This document shows, piece after piece, positions 51,140-62,402 of a DNA stretch of 64,000 nucleotides. The stretch lies in NCBI GenBank assembly GCA_963665275.2, contig CAXXIN010000016.1, positions 32,001 through 96,000 of the forward strand. Direction: 5' to 3'. The stretch's first letter is position 1. The number at the start of each line of letters is the position of its first letter. The notes below the pieces were generated by a model. The model had not been told where the DNA came from and did not search any database. It saw only the letters and a program-made list of their open reading frames with translations. Source of the DNA: Negativicutes bacterium (GTDB lineage: Bacteria; Bacillota; Negativicutes; UBA1444). The position numbers and the translations under genes were made by a program.

Positions 51140-51334
51140 ATGGAATCTTTCGTTAAAGAAATGCAAGACAGTGCTCCTATTGAACCCATCTATTCCTGGA
51201 CTGAAATGAAAAGCAAGATTAACTCACCGGCAGCTGCGGTTACCGAATGCACGTGTTCAACCCTTCACATGGCAGTTCATGATGCAATGTGCCCGGGCTG
51301 TTGGGCAAGGCTGATTGAACGAATGGGTCACTGA
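51140..51334 (+). CDS. 64-aa microprotein with Cys/His-rich C-terminus
   Basis: RBS gaaaggaag; CTC-x11-CPGC; terminator at 51381-51422. Confidence 0.68.
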   Translation: MESFVKEMQDSAPIEPIYSWTEMKSKINSPAAAVTECTCSTLHMAVHDAMCPGCWARLIERMGH

Positions 51335-51380
51335 GGTAGGATACGTTCCTGGAAGAGATTCTTAAAGGATGACATTGTTT

Positions 51381-51422
51381 AAGCGGCTCTCACCTGAAAT
51401 GATAGATGAGGGCTGCTTTTTT
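51381..51422 (+). terminator. Intrinsic terminator
   Basis: aagcggctctca..tgagggctgctt plus T run. Confidence 0.7.
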
Positions 51423-51492
51423 GTGTAGCTGTCACCTCATGAAAAAAGCGATATAATAATAAAGGCATTTGATTGGTTGAGGAGAGTTATGA

Positions 51493-51837
51493 ATGGAAGA
51501 ATCTAAAGCGGTAATTTCAATTCAGGCCTTTCGATATGATCCGGATCGGCCGGACGAGAGTGGCTTTCAGGCGTATGAGGTTCCGGCGCAAGAGCCTTTG
51601 TCGGTAATGGCGCTGTTGACGAAAATTCATGAAATGGATGCGTCGTTCGCTTGTCGAACCTCGACGTGCTATAAGGGACAGTGCGGGTCCTGCCTCGTCC
51701 GGGTCAACGGGAAAGATGCGCTGGGATGCGTGACCTTGGTCAAGCCGGGTGAAGCAGTGAGGCTGGAACCTCACTCAAAATACCGGGTGATCCGGGATGT
51801 GGTTGTTGATTTTTCGACGCCGGTGGTGGAATCATGA
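51493..51837 (+). CDS. 2Fe-2S protein (SdhB/FrdB N-terminal domain only)
   Basis: FRYDP, C-x4-C-x2-C-x11-C (CYKGQCGSC..GC), VIRDVVVD; 114 aa. Confidence 0.85.
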   Translation: MEESKAVISIQAFRYDPDRPDESGFQAYEVPAQEPLSVMALLTKIHEMDASFACRTSTCYKGQCGSCLVRVNGKDALGCVTLVKPGEAVRLEPHSKYRVIRDVVVDFSTPVVES

Positions 51838-53534
51838 GAACTCTGCAGCGATGCGAAACAGATGTGCTGGTGGTTGGCGGAGGCGCCGCAGGGCTGCGCT
51901 CTGCCCTGGCCGCTGCTGAATCAGGTTCACGGGTTGTAGTTGTCAACAAGGGGCCGGTATCCCGCTCCGGCATCACACTCGCTGCGGCTGGCGGCATGCA
52001 AGCGCCATTTCATCAGGACGACAGCGTAGAGCAGTTTTTCCAGGATACTCTTCACTGCGGCTATGGAATTGGAGATCAAAATCTGGCATGGACTTTCACG
52101 GCGGGAGCTTGCGACGCTGCGCTGGATCTGGAACGCTATGGCGCCCGTTTCGTGCGCAATGCGGACGGCGGTTTGGCCTTGGGGAAGTTTCCAGGCCAAA
52201 CCTATCCACGCAACCTTTTCGTCAAAGGCGGCGGTGTGGGCATCGTTTCGGCTCTTTGGCGGGCCTGCCTGACGAATGAGTGTATAAGCATCCGGGATGA
52301 TTTTTTTGTGACCGGACTGGTAAAAGGCAAAGCAGCAGGATCTTCGCATGTGGCCGGCATTTTGGGTCTGGATCTTCGTAACGGCGACTTTGTTTTGATT
52401 CGTGCCGGCGCAGTAATATTGGCAACCGGAGGCTGCCAACGCTTATGGGAAGTAAATGATTGCCCAGCCGACGCTACGGGTGAAGGATTGTCGTATGCCT
52501 ATCGCGCGGGGGCCGACCTCGTTGATATGGAAATGGTTCTTTTCTACCCGTCGGTGATTGTGTGGCCGCCATCGTTAAAAGGTGCATTTGTTCACTATGA
52601 GTTTTTGGCGGAAAATATTTTGGATGGGAATGTTTACGATAAATTTGGTGTTGCCGTATTGCCAAAACCATTGCCTATACGCGACCAAGCGATGCGGCTG
52701 ATGGAGGAGGCCATCAGAGATGGACGGGGCGGCGAGCACAATGGATTGTTGTGGTATGTTGGTGATTCTCCCAAGGGGAGCGAAGTCGTTCGGAAAAAGC
52801 TCGATATCGCCCAGTATAATTACATCAAGGCGCATGGCGTGGATCCTGCGGACGCAAGGATTGAAGTCGCGCCAGGGGCCCATTACCTGATGGGTGGAAT
52901 TCATATCGATGAAAACTGTCAGACGACACTGAAAGGGTTATTCGCCACGCCAGAGTGCGCGGGAAATTTTGACGGAGCTAATCGCCTGGCTGGCAGCGGG
53001 ATAGCGGCGACGCAGGTATTCGGAACACGTGCAGGTCTGCATGCGAGCCGATGGGCAGCGGCTAACTCGATGGTGAATGTTGATGAGGTATCTGTTGAAG
53101 TTGAAATGGAAAGGGTTTTCCGGCGGATCTCGCGTGTCCCACTAAGCAGTTCGGTTGGCGCAGGGAGCGTTCTTACAACTTTGCAAGGCAGGCTGAAAGA
53201 GGCGGTGCAAAAGTATGCCGGAGTCAGCCGCGAGCAGACGGGGTTGGCCCGGTTGGCGCAGGAAATCTGTGCTATAAAACAGGAACTGGAGCGGCAACAA
53301 GTGCCTGACGTGAAAGTTTATAATCAGGCGTTGGTAGATATTTTGCAAATGGAATCGATGTGTGAAGTGGCGATGTTGGTGGCGGGCAGTGCGCAGCTTC
53401 GCACGGAATCGCGTGGGCACCATTATCGCCGAGATTTCCCTGTGCAGGATGATTTGCGGTGGTTGCAACATACTTGCGCAACTAGACAGGGAAATGAAGC
53501 GGTGTTCGGAATGAAGCCCATCCGAACGATTTGA
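51834..53534 (+). CDS. SdhA/FrdA/NadB-family flavoprotein, atypical active site
   Basis: DVLVVGGGAAG, ILATGG, HYLMGG, GANRL, RTESRGHHYR; coupled to the 2Fe-2S gene by ATGA overlap. Confidence 0.88.
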   Translation: MRTLQRCETDVLVVGGGAAGLRSALAAAESGSRVVVVNKGPVSRSGITLAAAGGMQAPFHQDDSVEQFFQDTLHCGYGIGDQNLAWTFTAGACDAALDLERYGARFVRNADGGLALGKFPGQTYPRNLFVKGGGVGIVSALWRACLTNECISIRDDFFVTGLVKGKAAGSSHVAGILGLDLRNGDFVLIRAGAVILATGGCQRLWEVNDCPADATGEGLSYAYRAGADLVDMEMVLFYPSVIVWPPSLKGAFVHYEFLAENILDGNVYDKFGVAVLPKPLPIRDQAMRLMEEAIRDGRGGEHNGLLWYVGDSPKGSEVVRKKLDIAQYNYIKAHGVDPADARIEVAPGAHYLMGGIHIDENCQTTLKGLFATPECAGNFDGANRLAGSGIAATQVFGTRAGLHASRWAAANSMVNVDEVSVEVEMERVFRRISRVPLSSSVGAGSVLTTLQGRLKEAVQKYAGVSREQTGLARLAQEICAIKQELERQQVPDVKVYNQALVDILQMESMCEVAMLVAGSAQLRTESRGHHYRRDFPVQDDLRWLQHTCATRQGNEAVFGMKPIRTI

Positions 53535-53591
53535 AGCGGAACGATTTTATAAATGGCAGAGTGTAAACCTGCCAGATAATGAGGAGATGCG

Positions 53592-53849
53592 ATGAAGGCG
53601 ATAGAGCTTGGCAATGAATTAAAGCAGGACGCTATAGGCGGCATCAAACTGTTTTTTCAGCAACAACGGGATGAGGAGTTGAGTGATTTTCAAGCAGCGA
53701 CTATTTTAGAGTTTATTCTCGCCGAGCTTGGTCCGCATATCTATAATCAGGCATTGGCGGATGCTCATACCCTGATGAGCAAGCAAATTGAAGAGTTGTA
53801 CGGACTGCAAAAATCACCACGTTCGTCGCTTGGCCGTCTGAAAAAGTGA
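53592..53849 (+). CDS. DUF2164 family protein
   Basis: RDEELSDFQA..ILEFI..LGPHIYNQAL.DA pattern; 85 aa. Confidence 0.8.
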   Translation: MKAIELGNELKQDAIGGIKLFFQQQRDEELSDFQAATILEFILAELGPHIYNQALADAHTLMSKQIEELYGLQKSPRSSLGRLKK

Positions 53850-53890
53850 AATACGTCGGTCATGAAAAATCAGTTAAGGGAAACTTCGTT

Positions 53891-54322
53891 ATGTTCCGCA
53901 TGCCAACACGCGTGATCTTTGGGGCCGGAGCCTGTAAGAACGTCAACACATTGGACTTCTCAGCGGATGCGGTCATTGCTTTTGGTGGCGGCAGCCCGAT
54001 GGCTGTCAAATCAGCGCCATTAGCGCAAGCGAGCCGCAAGGATTTGCTAACGGAATTATGCTGTCCTATGTGATGGATTGCGCTGGGGCAAGACGTCGCA
54101 GGGCTGGACATTCAGAATGCTGCCCAATTATCCGTGGAGGCTGTAACCTTGTTCAAGCAGGATATTGGAATCCCGGCGGCATTGGCAGAAATCGGTGTTT
54201 CAGCAGAGGCTCTGGAAGGAATCGTGAGGGTCGCATCGACATATCGGCAACTTGGTAACAGCCCGCGACCGTTGACTGGAAATGATCTTCACATCATCGT
54301 TTCGCAGGCATTGGCGCTGTAG
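53891..54322 (+). pseudogene. Internally deleted iron-containing alcohol dehydrogenase remnant
   Basis: Collinear fragments FRMPTRVIFGAG, VIAFGGGSPM, GFANGIMLSYVM and IGIPAALAEIGV..NSPRPL across different frames within about 430 bp. Confidence 0.78.
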
Positions 54323-54400
54323 CCAATTTGATTTTTTTGCAACAGGAAAAAGGACTTGAACCAATGCATGAAGAATAACCATATTCGGGAGGGATGAACC

Positions 54401-54607
54401 ATGCGAATTGTTGAACAGTCTTTTATCGCGACGGATCGGATGACGGACATCAAAGCAGAGTACCCGGTAGATAACTTGTTTCAAGTCTTTGTCAAAGGGA
54501 AACTTCAATACGGACCGTCTTACCGGCTGGAAGGGAACATGATCATTTTTGGCTTTGACTGCCTTCAAACGGGAGATGTCGTGCAGATATTCTACCAACT
54601 CCCCTGA
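54401..54607 (+). CDS. 68-aa beta-rich hypothetical protein
   Basis: RBS gggaggga; sigmaH-type promoter 54351-54376; terminator about 54626-54658. Confidence 0.72.
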   Translation: MRIVEQSFIATDRMTDIKAEYPVDNLFQVFVKGKLQYGPSYRLEGNMIIFGFDCLQTGDVVQIFYQLP

Positions 54608-54767
54608 AATCGTGACTTATCTAGAAAGAACCCGGCAAAAAAACGCCGGGTTCTTTTCATAAATCACACAAATTTGACATAACTTTGCCACAGTTGTGTG
54701 ATATTCTGTTGCTGGGTAATTCAAGAAGACGGCAGATCGTGTATTCGACAAACAATAGCAGGGAGGC

Positions 54768-55529
54768 ATGCTCGTGAAAAAAACCGGAAAAGCGATATTG
54801 TGGGGGTTACTCTTATTGTTGGTGTTTAGTTCTACGACAATGGCAGCGCAGGCGGAGTGGCATGATCAGGAATACAACTACGGAGCGCCTAAATATATTT
54901 TGGTTATGCCGCCAAGCTTTAGTTACGACGGCTATGACTTAGGTGATCGCAATAAATTCAATCGCTACCCGTATGCTGTGGAGAAAATCAACGACATGCT
55001 TACTGGAAAAACTCGCGATCTTACGAAGCACCGCATTGTTACTATGGATTATGTGTTGAACCAAATCAAAGCGAATGCGCCGCTGACGGAACCTTTTGAC
55101 CCAAAAGCGCCAGGGTTTGCAGCAATGGTCAAGAGCGAAATGGGGAAATACGTCGACTTGCTTATGTACCTTGATGTGCGCGACTATGGCTGGTATTACG
55201 AATATCATGATGCATACAAGACGACAGAAACCTATACGGATCGGGTTTATTATAGCCGCAGAAATTCAGATGGGCGGGAAGTCAGCGGCTGGGAAGACGT
55301 GCCGCGTACACGGCGTGTTTACCATCCGGCGGGTTATTACATCTCGGACTGCGCTGGGGCAGCCTTCCGTCTGTATGACGCCAAAACTGGCAGAGATGTG
55401 TGGAAATACACGGATTCCCGCTCTAGGCGATCGCCTGTGATCAGCGACGGCTATGATCCGTCAGGCCCGGAATCGATGATGAGAAGAATCTTTGAGGACG
55501 CCTTCAAAAAAATTCCCCTGGCGAGCTGA
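54768..55529 (+). CDS. Secreted hypothetical protein
   Basis: Signal peptide; RBS gggagg; RLYDAKTGRDVW motif reminiscent of CsgG/LpoB-like envelope proteins. Confidence 0.75.
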   Translation: MLVKKTGKAILWGLLLLLVFSSTTMAAQAEWHDQEYNYGAPKYILVMPPSFSYDGYDLGDRNKFNRYPYAVEKINDMLTGKTRDLTKHRIVTMDYVLNQIKANAPLTEPFDPKAPGFAAMVKSEMGKYVDLLMYLDVRDYGWYYEYHDAYKTTETYTDRVYYSRRNSDGREVSGWEDVPRTRRVYHPAGYYISDCAGAAFRLYDAKTGRDVWKYTDSRSRRSPVISDGYDPSGPESMMRRIFEDAFKKIPLAS

Positions 55530-55558
55530 TTTGCGGCCAGGGGGAACGGAATTGAAAA

Positions 55559-57289
<1,731 letters not shown>

Positions 57290-57326
57290 TTAACAATAGA
57301 GGGCTACAGAAAATCAGCGGATACAC

Positions 57327-58082
57327 TCAGTGCGAATCATCAACGAGTTGAGCCTTGTCGTTGAAAAACCCACGGTAGGCCCAAAAACTGGCTACGAAGC
57401 CGGAAATGGTAACCGCGCCGGTCAGCATGAAGATAACCATGATTTGATATTTGATCGCCAATTCCGGCGGAGTGCCGGCCAGAATCAAGCCGGTCATCAT
57501 ACCGGGAAGCTGAACAATACCCAGTGTTTTCATGGAGTCGATAGTCGGGATCATTGCCGTGCGGATGCTGCTTCGGATCAAGGTGCGAGCTGCTTCGCGC
57601 GGAGCAGCTCCCAGACAAAGCTTGACTTCGACTTCCTCGCGGCGGTCTTTGAAACTGCTGAGCAGATTGCGATAGAGTAAGCCCAAGGCAACCATCGAGT
57701 TGCCGACAACCATGCCGCTGACAGGGATGACTTCGCTGGGATTAAAGGAAATAGCCTGAAATGCCAGTAGGCCGGACAGAGTGATGACCAGGCCGGCTAG
57801 TATTGAGCAAAAAGAGATCAGGCGAACGCCGCTGATGCCGGCGCCTCTCTTGGTTGCGACTACAGCGGCGTTATAGACCATCAGAAGCAGAATGACGATA
57901 GTCAAGGCAATATTGTCAATGTTAAAGACGAATTTTAGCACAAAACCAACGGCGGAGAGTTGCACAACAGCCCGGATGCTGCCGATAAGCATGTCTTTTT
58001 CAAGTCCTAACTTTTGTCGGTAGGAAATGAACAGCGCGATCAAAACTAGGCTGAAAGTTAACGCCAAAGCCATATTATTCAT
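57327..58082 (-). CDS. fetB: Iron-export ABC permease (UPF0014/YbbM family)
   Basis: RAVVQL, IPVSGMVVGN, GIVQLPGMMTG, AIKYQI. Confidence 0.9.
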   Translation of the reverse strand: MNNMALALTFSLVLIALFISYRQKLGLEKDMLIGSIRAVVQLSAVGFVLKFVFNIDNIALTIVILLLMVYNAAVVATKRGAGISGVRLISFCSILAGLVITLSGLLAFQAISFNPSEVIPVSGMVVGNSMVALGLLYRNLLSSFKDRREEVEVKLCLGAAPREAARTLIRSSIRTAMIPTIDSMKTLGIVQLPGMMTGLILAGTPPELAIKYQIMVIFMLTGAVTISGFVASFWAYRGFFNDKAQLVDDSH

Positions 58083-58770
58083 CGTTCAGGCCCCCCTGCC
58101 GTTTGAAGAAATCGTCCTTTGGACCACAAAATTCGAGTTTTCCCTTTTTAACATATAGAACGGTCGACGCCAGACGTCGAAGCTGTTCGGATTGGTGGGA
58201 AATAAAAAACACGGTCAGAGATTTGGCAGCCCACTCGCTGCGGATCATTTCTTCCAGCAGGATTGTGTTCGCCTCGTCCAGGGACGCCGTCACTTCATCC
58301 AGAAGCAGAACTTGCGGTTTGGCCAATAATGATCGAACTAAGGCAACTCGTTGTTGCTCACCGCCAGACAGCTCGCTTTTGGTCTTTTTTAGAATTGCCG
58401 ATGGCAAGTTGACGCGTTCGAGATAACTCAGGATTTCAGGTTGCGTTGGCGTTTGTCCCCAGACTTGGTATGCGTACTCTAAGTTATCCTTCACAGTGCC
58501 GTCAAAAAGATAAGGTTTTTGCATGACATAGCCAACTTCCCGGCGTAACTGAACAGGATCAAGTTGAGCGAGGTCACGGTTTTTATATAGTATCGACCCT
58601 TGAGTTGGACTGCGCATCAAATTCATCATGCGTAGCAGCGAGGTCTTGCCGGAGCCTGAAGGACCGGCCAGGCCGATAATTTCGCTTTGCTCCGATGAAA
58701 AGGAAATGGAGCTTAGGATGGACTGGCCTTTAATTTCTAAGCTGACTTGGTCAAAAAGAAATATTGCCAA
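58075..58770 (-). CDS. fetA: ABC ATP-binding protein (YbbL/FetA-like)
   Basis: GPSGSGKT, LSGGEQQR, LLLDEVTASLD; overlaps fetB. Confidence 0.82.
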   Translation of the reverse strand: MAIFLFDQVSLEIKGQSILSSISFSSEQSEIIGLAGPSGSGKTSLLRMMNLMRSPTQGSILYKNRDLAQLDPVQLRREVGYVMQKPYLFDGTVKDNLEYAYQVWGQTPTQPEILSYLERVNLPSAILKKTKSELSGGEQQRVALVRSLLAKPQVLLLDEVTASLDEANTILLEEMIRSEWAAKSLTVFFISHQSEQLRRLASTVLYVKKGKLEFCGPKDDFFKRQGGLNDE

Positions 58771-58948
58771 ACGTATTCACCACCGTCATCAGATTTCTCC
58801 TATTTATCATACGCTACATTTGGTCGATTTCAAGTGCATTTACAAGTGCGTGTTAATCCCGAAATTAAAGGATCGCCAAAGTGGTTGACGCGAATGTGTG
58901 GGGGGTTGTAAAATATACATGTTAGACACAAAAATGAGGGGGAGCGAA

Positions 58949-60118
58949 ATGAAGAAACACTTTGCGGTTGTCTTGGTAGTACTATTGTCCATGGCTCTAC
59001 TTGCTGGATGCGGCGGAGAAAAAGCTAAGCCGGCTGCCGAATCCAATGAAATCAAAATCGGCGCTAACTTTGAATTGACCGGTGGCGTTGCCAATTTCGG
59101 CAAACAGACACTTAACGGAATTCAAATGGCAATTAAAGAAGCAAATGCAGCTGGCGGCGTTCTCGGCGGCAAGAAACTCGTACTCGTCATCGCGGACAAC
59201 AAATCCGAACCGGCTGAAGCGACCAACGCTGTGACCAAACTCATCACCCAGGATAAAGTTGTTGCGGTTTTAGGCCCGGTGACCAGTTCCAATGTGCTGG
59301 CGACTGTTCAGGTTGCACAGGACAATAAAATTCCGGTGTTAACTGCAACCGGTACGAACGAAAAAGTCACTGTTGATAACGGCAAGGTGCGACCTTTTGC
59401 ATTCCGCGCCTGCTTCATTGATCCTTTCCAGGGCCGGGTAATGGCGAATTTTGCTTCCAACTCGTTGAAAGCTAAAACCGCCGTTATTTATATCGACAGC
59501 AGCTCCGATTATTCCAAAGGCCTGTCGCAGTCGTTTGAAGCGACTTTCACACAAAATGGTGGAAAAATAGTTGGGAAGGAAGCTTTCCTGCAAAAAGATC
59601 AGGATTTTAAGGCTACTCTCACCAAAATCAAAGCTATGGGTGCGGACACAATCTTTATCCCTGCCTATTACGAAGAAGTGGGCAAGATTGTAAAACAGGC
59701 GCGTGAACTAGGAATCAACACCCCGCTAATTGGAACCGACGGCTGGGATGATCCCAAGGTTGTCGAAATCGCCGGCGCCGGCGCATTGAACAACACCTTC
59801 TTCAGCAACCACTATTCTTCACAGGATAAGGATCCTAATGTCGTTAAGTTTGTCGAAGCGTATAAAAAAGAATTTAATCAGGAGCCGAGTGCACTTGCTG
59901 CCCTGGGATATGACTCCGGACTGATGCTCATCGACGCTATCAAACGGGCCGGCGCCGCGGATCCGGTCAAGATCAAGGATGCTCTCGAACAGACCAAAAA
60001 CTTGCAGGTCAGTACAGGCATACTCACGATTGACAGCAACCACAATCCCGTAAAGAGTGCGGTTGTTATCGAAATGAAGGATGGCAAGCAGACCTTCAAT
60101 GTAAAAGTGAATCCGTAA
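58949..60118 (+). CDS. Branched-chain amino acid ABC substrate-binding lipoprotein (LivJ/K-like), standalone
   Basis: Lipobox LAGC, IKIGANFELTG, FRACFIDPFQG, DGWD; followed by terminator at 60142-60172. Confidence 0.9.
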   Translation: MKKHFAVVLVVLLSMALLAGCGGEKAKPAAESNEIKIGANFELTGGVANFGKQTLNGIQMAIKEANAAGGVLGGKKLVLVIADNKSEPAEATNAVTKLITQDKVVAVLGPVTSSNVLATVQVAQDNKIPVLTATGTNEKVTVDNGKVRPFAFRACFIDPFQGRVMANFASNSLKAKTAVIYIDSSSDYSKGLSQSFEATFTQNGGKIVGKEAFLQKDQDFKATLTKIKAMGADTIFIPAYYEEVGKIVKQARELGINTPLIGTDGWDDPKVVEIAGAGALNNTFFSNHYSSQDKDPNVVKFVEAYKKEFNQEPSALAALGYDSGLMLIDAIKRAGAADPVKIKDALEQTKNLQVSTGILTIDSNHNPVKSAVVIEMKDGKQTFNVKVNP

Positions 60119-60208
60119 TAACTGTCAAAAACCAATCCATTAAAAGGGCCGGCTTATGCCGGTTCTTTTTTTATAAAAATAATTGTCTGGAATTTTTGAA
60201 TTTTTGGC

Positions 60209-60234
60209 AGGAATTCGCTGCATTGAACACGAAT
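60209..60234 (+). promoter_or_regulatory. SigmaH-type promoter
   Basis: gcAGGAatt...GAAT with 18-nt spacer. Confidence 0.6.
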
Positions 60235-60302
60235 CAAAAAGTGTTTTCATTGTATGGTATTCTATAAAGAAAATGGGGTTACAAGAAGGGAGTCGGTTAC
60301 AA

Positions 60303-62315
60303 ATGTTAAATGTACTGGTGTTTTTTGCTCTAATGTTTTTAGCGTTCGGGTTATCGGCGGTTATGATCTACGGGAAATACAAGAACACGTTGCATGGAAA
60401 ACCGGAAAATCGCTGCGACCGACCGGGTGATCGCTGGAAATATTTCCTGACAAATGTAGTAGGGCAGGATAAAGTTTTGCAGGACCCTATTTCAGGCATC
60501 TCGCATGTCATGTTGATGTGGGGGTTTGTGGTTCTTGGGTTTGGCGCAGTCAACCTGGCGGTTGAAGGCCTGTTTCATGTCCCGGTGCCTTTGATTGGAA
60601 ATAATCCACTATTCATCGGATTGAAAGATCTGTTTCTATTGCTTGTCTATCTTGGCGTTATCGGTGCAGTACTGCGCCGAACAGTGCTTAAGCCGGCCCG
60701 GATGGAAAACTCGGTCGAGGCTTTTGTTATTCTGGGCCTGGTCTGTGTAATCGTTACCGGCGATCTGCTCTACAGCGGGGCAAATTTTGCGCTTGGCGAA
60801 CGGGCGGATATCAGAGGGGCTGCTTTTTTTGGGAATTTTGTGGCGGGACGATTGGCGGGAACGTCTCCGGAAAGTTTAAAAACCTTGGCAATGGTAGCCT
60901 GGTGGGCGCATTTCCTAGCGATGTTTACTTTCGCGGTTTTGATTCCGAGTTCGAAACATCTGCATCTCGTATTTGCCCCGTTCAATGCCTTCTGGCACAA
61001 CCTGCGGCCAAAAGGATCGTTGGCCAAAGTTGATTTTGAAGATGAGTCGGCCGAAACTTTCGGCGTGAACAAGATGGAAGAGTTCACATGGAAGCAGCTG
61101 TTCGACACGTACACCTGCGTTCGCTGTGGTCGATGTACGGAAGTGTGCCCGGCGTTCCAGACGGGAAAACCACTTGATCCGAGATCTTTGCATGTCGAAT
61201 TGCGGGCCCATGTTGAAGAAAAAGCTCCGCTACTTGATAAAATCAAGGCAGCCGGTGACAAGGCTCCGGAGTTTACCGAAGCGGAACAGGCGATTCTGGA
61301 CAAAACAATCGTTGACGGACTGTTCTCCGAAGAATTCATCTGGGCTTGTACTACCTGTCGTGCCTGTGAACAGGCTTGCCCGGTTTCCAATGAGCATGTT
61401 CAAAAGATCGTCGATCTTCGACGTTACATGGTAATGACCGAAGCTAAAATGCCGGAAGACGTGCAGCGCACATTCAACTGCTTCAAGAGCGGCAACCCTT
61501 GGAAACTGCCTCGCGGCAACCGCGGTGAATGGATGACAGGGCTGGATGTTCCGGCTTGGACCGAAGGAACTGAATATCTTCTATATGTAGGCTGTGCAGG
61601 CGCTTATGATGATCGGGCGAAAAAAGTCAGCCAAGCACTCGTGAAGGTATTCAAGGCTGCGGGCATCAGCTTCGGGGTACTCGGCAACGAAGAACCCTGT
61701 TGCGGCGAGACGATTCGTCGGATGGGCAACGAGTTCGAGTTCCAGCCGCTTGCCGAAGGCAACGTGGAAATGTTCAAGGAATTGGGCGTCAAGAAAATCA
61801 TTACTCTCTGCCCGCATTGCTTCAATTCATGGAAAAATGATTACCCAGATTTTGGCGGTGACTTTGAAGTCCTTCATCATTCCGAGTTTTTGGCCAAGCT
61901 GGTTCGGGACGGAAAAATTAAAGCGACCCATTCGTTTGACGCTAAGATCGTATACCATGATGCTTGCTATCTCGGCCGTCACAACGATGTCTATGAAGCG
62001 CCGCGCGATGTCTTGAAATCCGTGCCTGGCATCCAACTGACCGAAATGGATCGAAACCGCAAGACGGCCTTCTGCTGCGGTGCCGGCGGCGGACGTAACT
62101 GGATGGAAGAACATGTCGGTAATGGACAGCAAAGGATCAATGAAGTGAGAACCCAAGAAGCCCTGGATACCGGAGCTGAGGTTATCGCCACAGCCTGCCC
62201 GTATTGCCTGACCATGATGTTCGACGGCACGAAAGCACACAATGCTGAAGAGAAAGTTCGGACATTGGATATTGCCGAAATTTTGGCGCAGTCGCTGGAA
62301 GAACCGGCAAAATAA
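60303..62315 (+). CDS. Membrane-bound Fe-S/CCG oxidoreductase (FadF/HdrD-related)
   Basis: N-terminal membrane domain (SKHLH), two 4Fe-4S motifs, CCG, CPHC, YHDACYLGR, CCGAGGG, CPYC. Confidence 0.9.
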   Translation: MLNVLVFFALMFLAFGLSAVMIYGKYKNTLHGKPENRCDRPGDRWKYFLTNVVGQDKVLQDPISGISHVMLMWGFVVLGFGAVNLAVEGLFHVPVPLIGNNPLFIGLKDLFLLLVYLGVIGAVLRRTVLKPARMENSVEAFVILGLVCVIVTGDLLYSGANFALGERADIRGAAFFGNFVAGRLAGTSPESLKTLAMVAWWAHFLAMFTFAVLIPSSKHLHLVFAPFNAFWHNLRPKGSLAKVDFEDESAETFGVNKMEEFTWKQLFDTYTCVRCGRCTEVCPAFQTGKPLDPRSLHVELRAHVEEKAPLLDKIKAAGDKAPEFTEAEQAILDKTIVDGLFSEEFIWACTTCRACEQACPVSNEHVQKIVDLRRYMVMTEAKMPEDVQRTFNCFKSGNPWKLPRGNRGEWMTGLDVPAWTEGTEYLLYVGCAGAYDDRAKKVSQALVKVFKAAGISFGVLGNEEPCCGETIRRMGNEFEFQPLAEGNVEMFKELGVKKIITLCPHCFNSWKNDYPDFGGDFEVLHHSEFLAKLVRDGKIKATHSFDAKIVYHDACYLGRHNDVYEAPRDVLKSVPGIQLTEMDRNRKTAFCCGAGGGRNWMEEHVGNGQQRINEVRTQEALDTGAEVIATACPYCLTMMFDGTKAHNAEEKVRTLDIAEILAQSLEEPAK

Positions 62316-62340
62316 ACAAAAAATATTTAACAATATATGA

Positions 62341-62382
62341 AAAAGAGAACCTGAAGCTTATGGCAGCAGGCTCTCTTTTTTT
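62341..62382. terminator. Bidirectional terminator
   Basis: aaaagaga..cctg / cagg..tctctttt between convergent genes. Confidence 0.6.
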
Positions 62383-62402
62383 GCAGTTACGGTGGAACCT
62401 TC

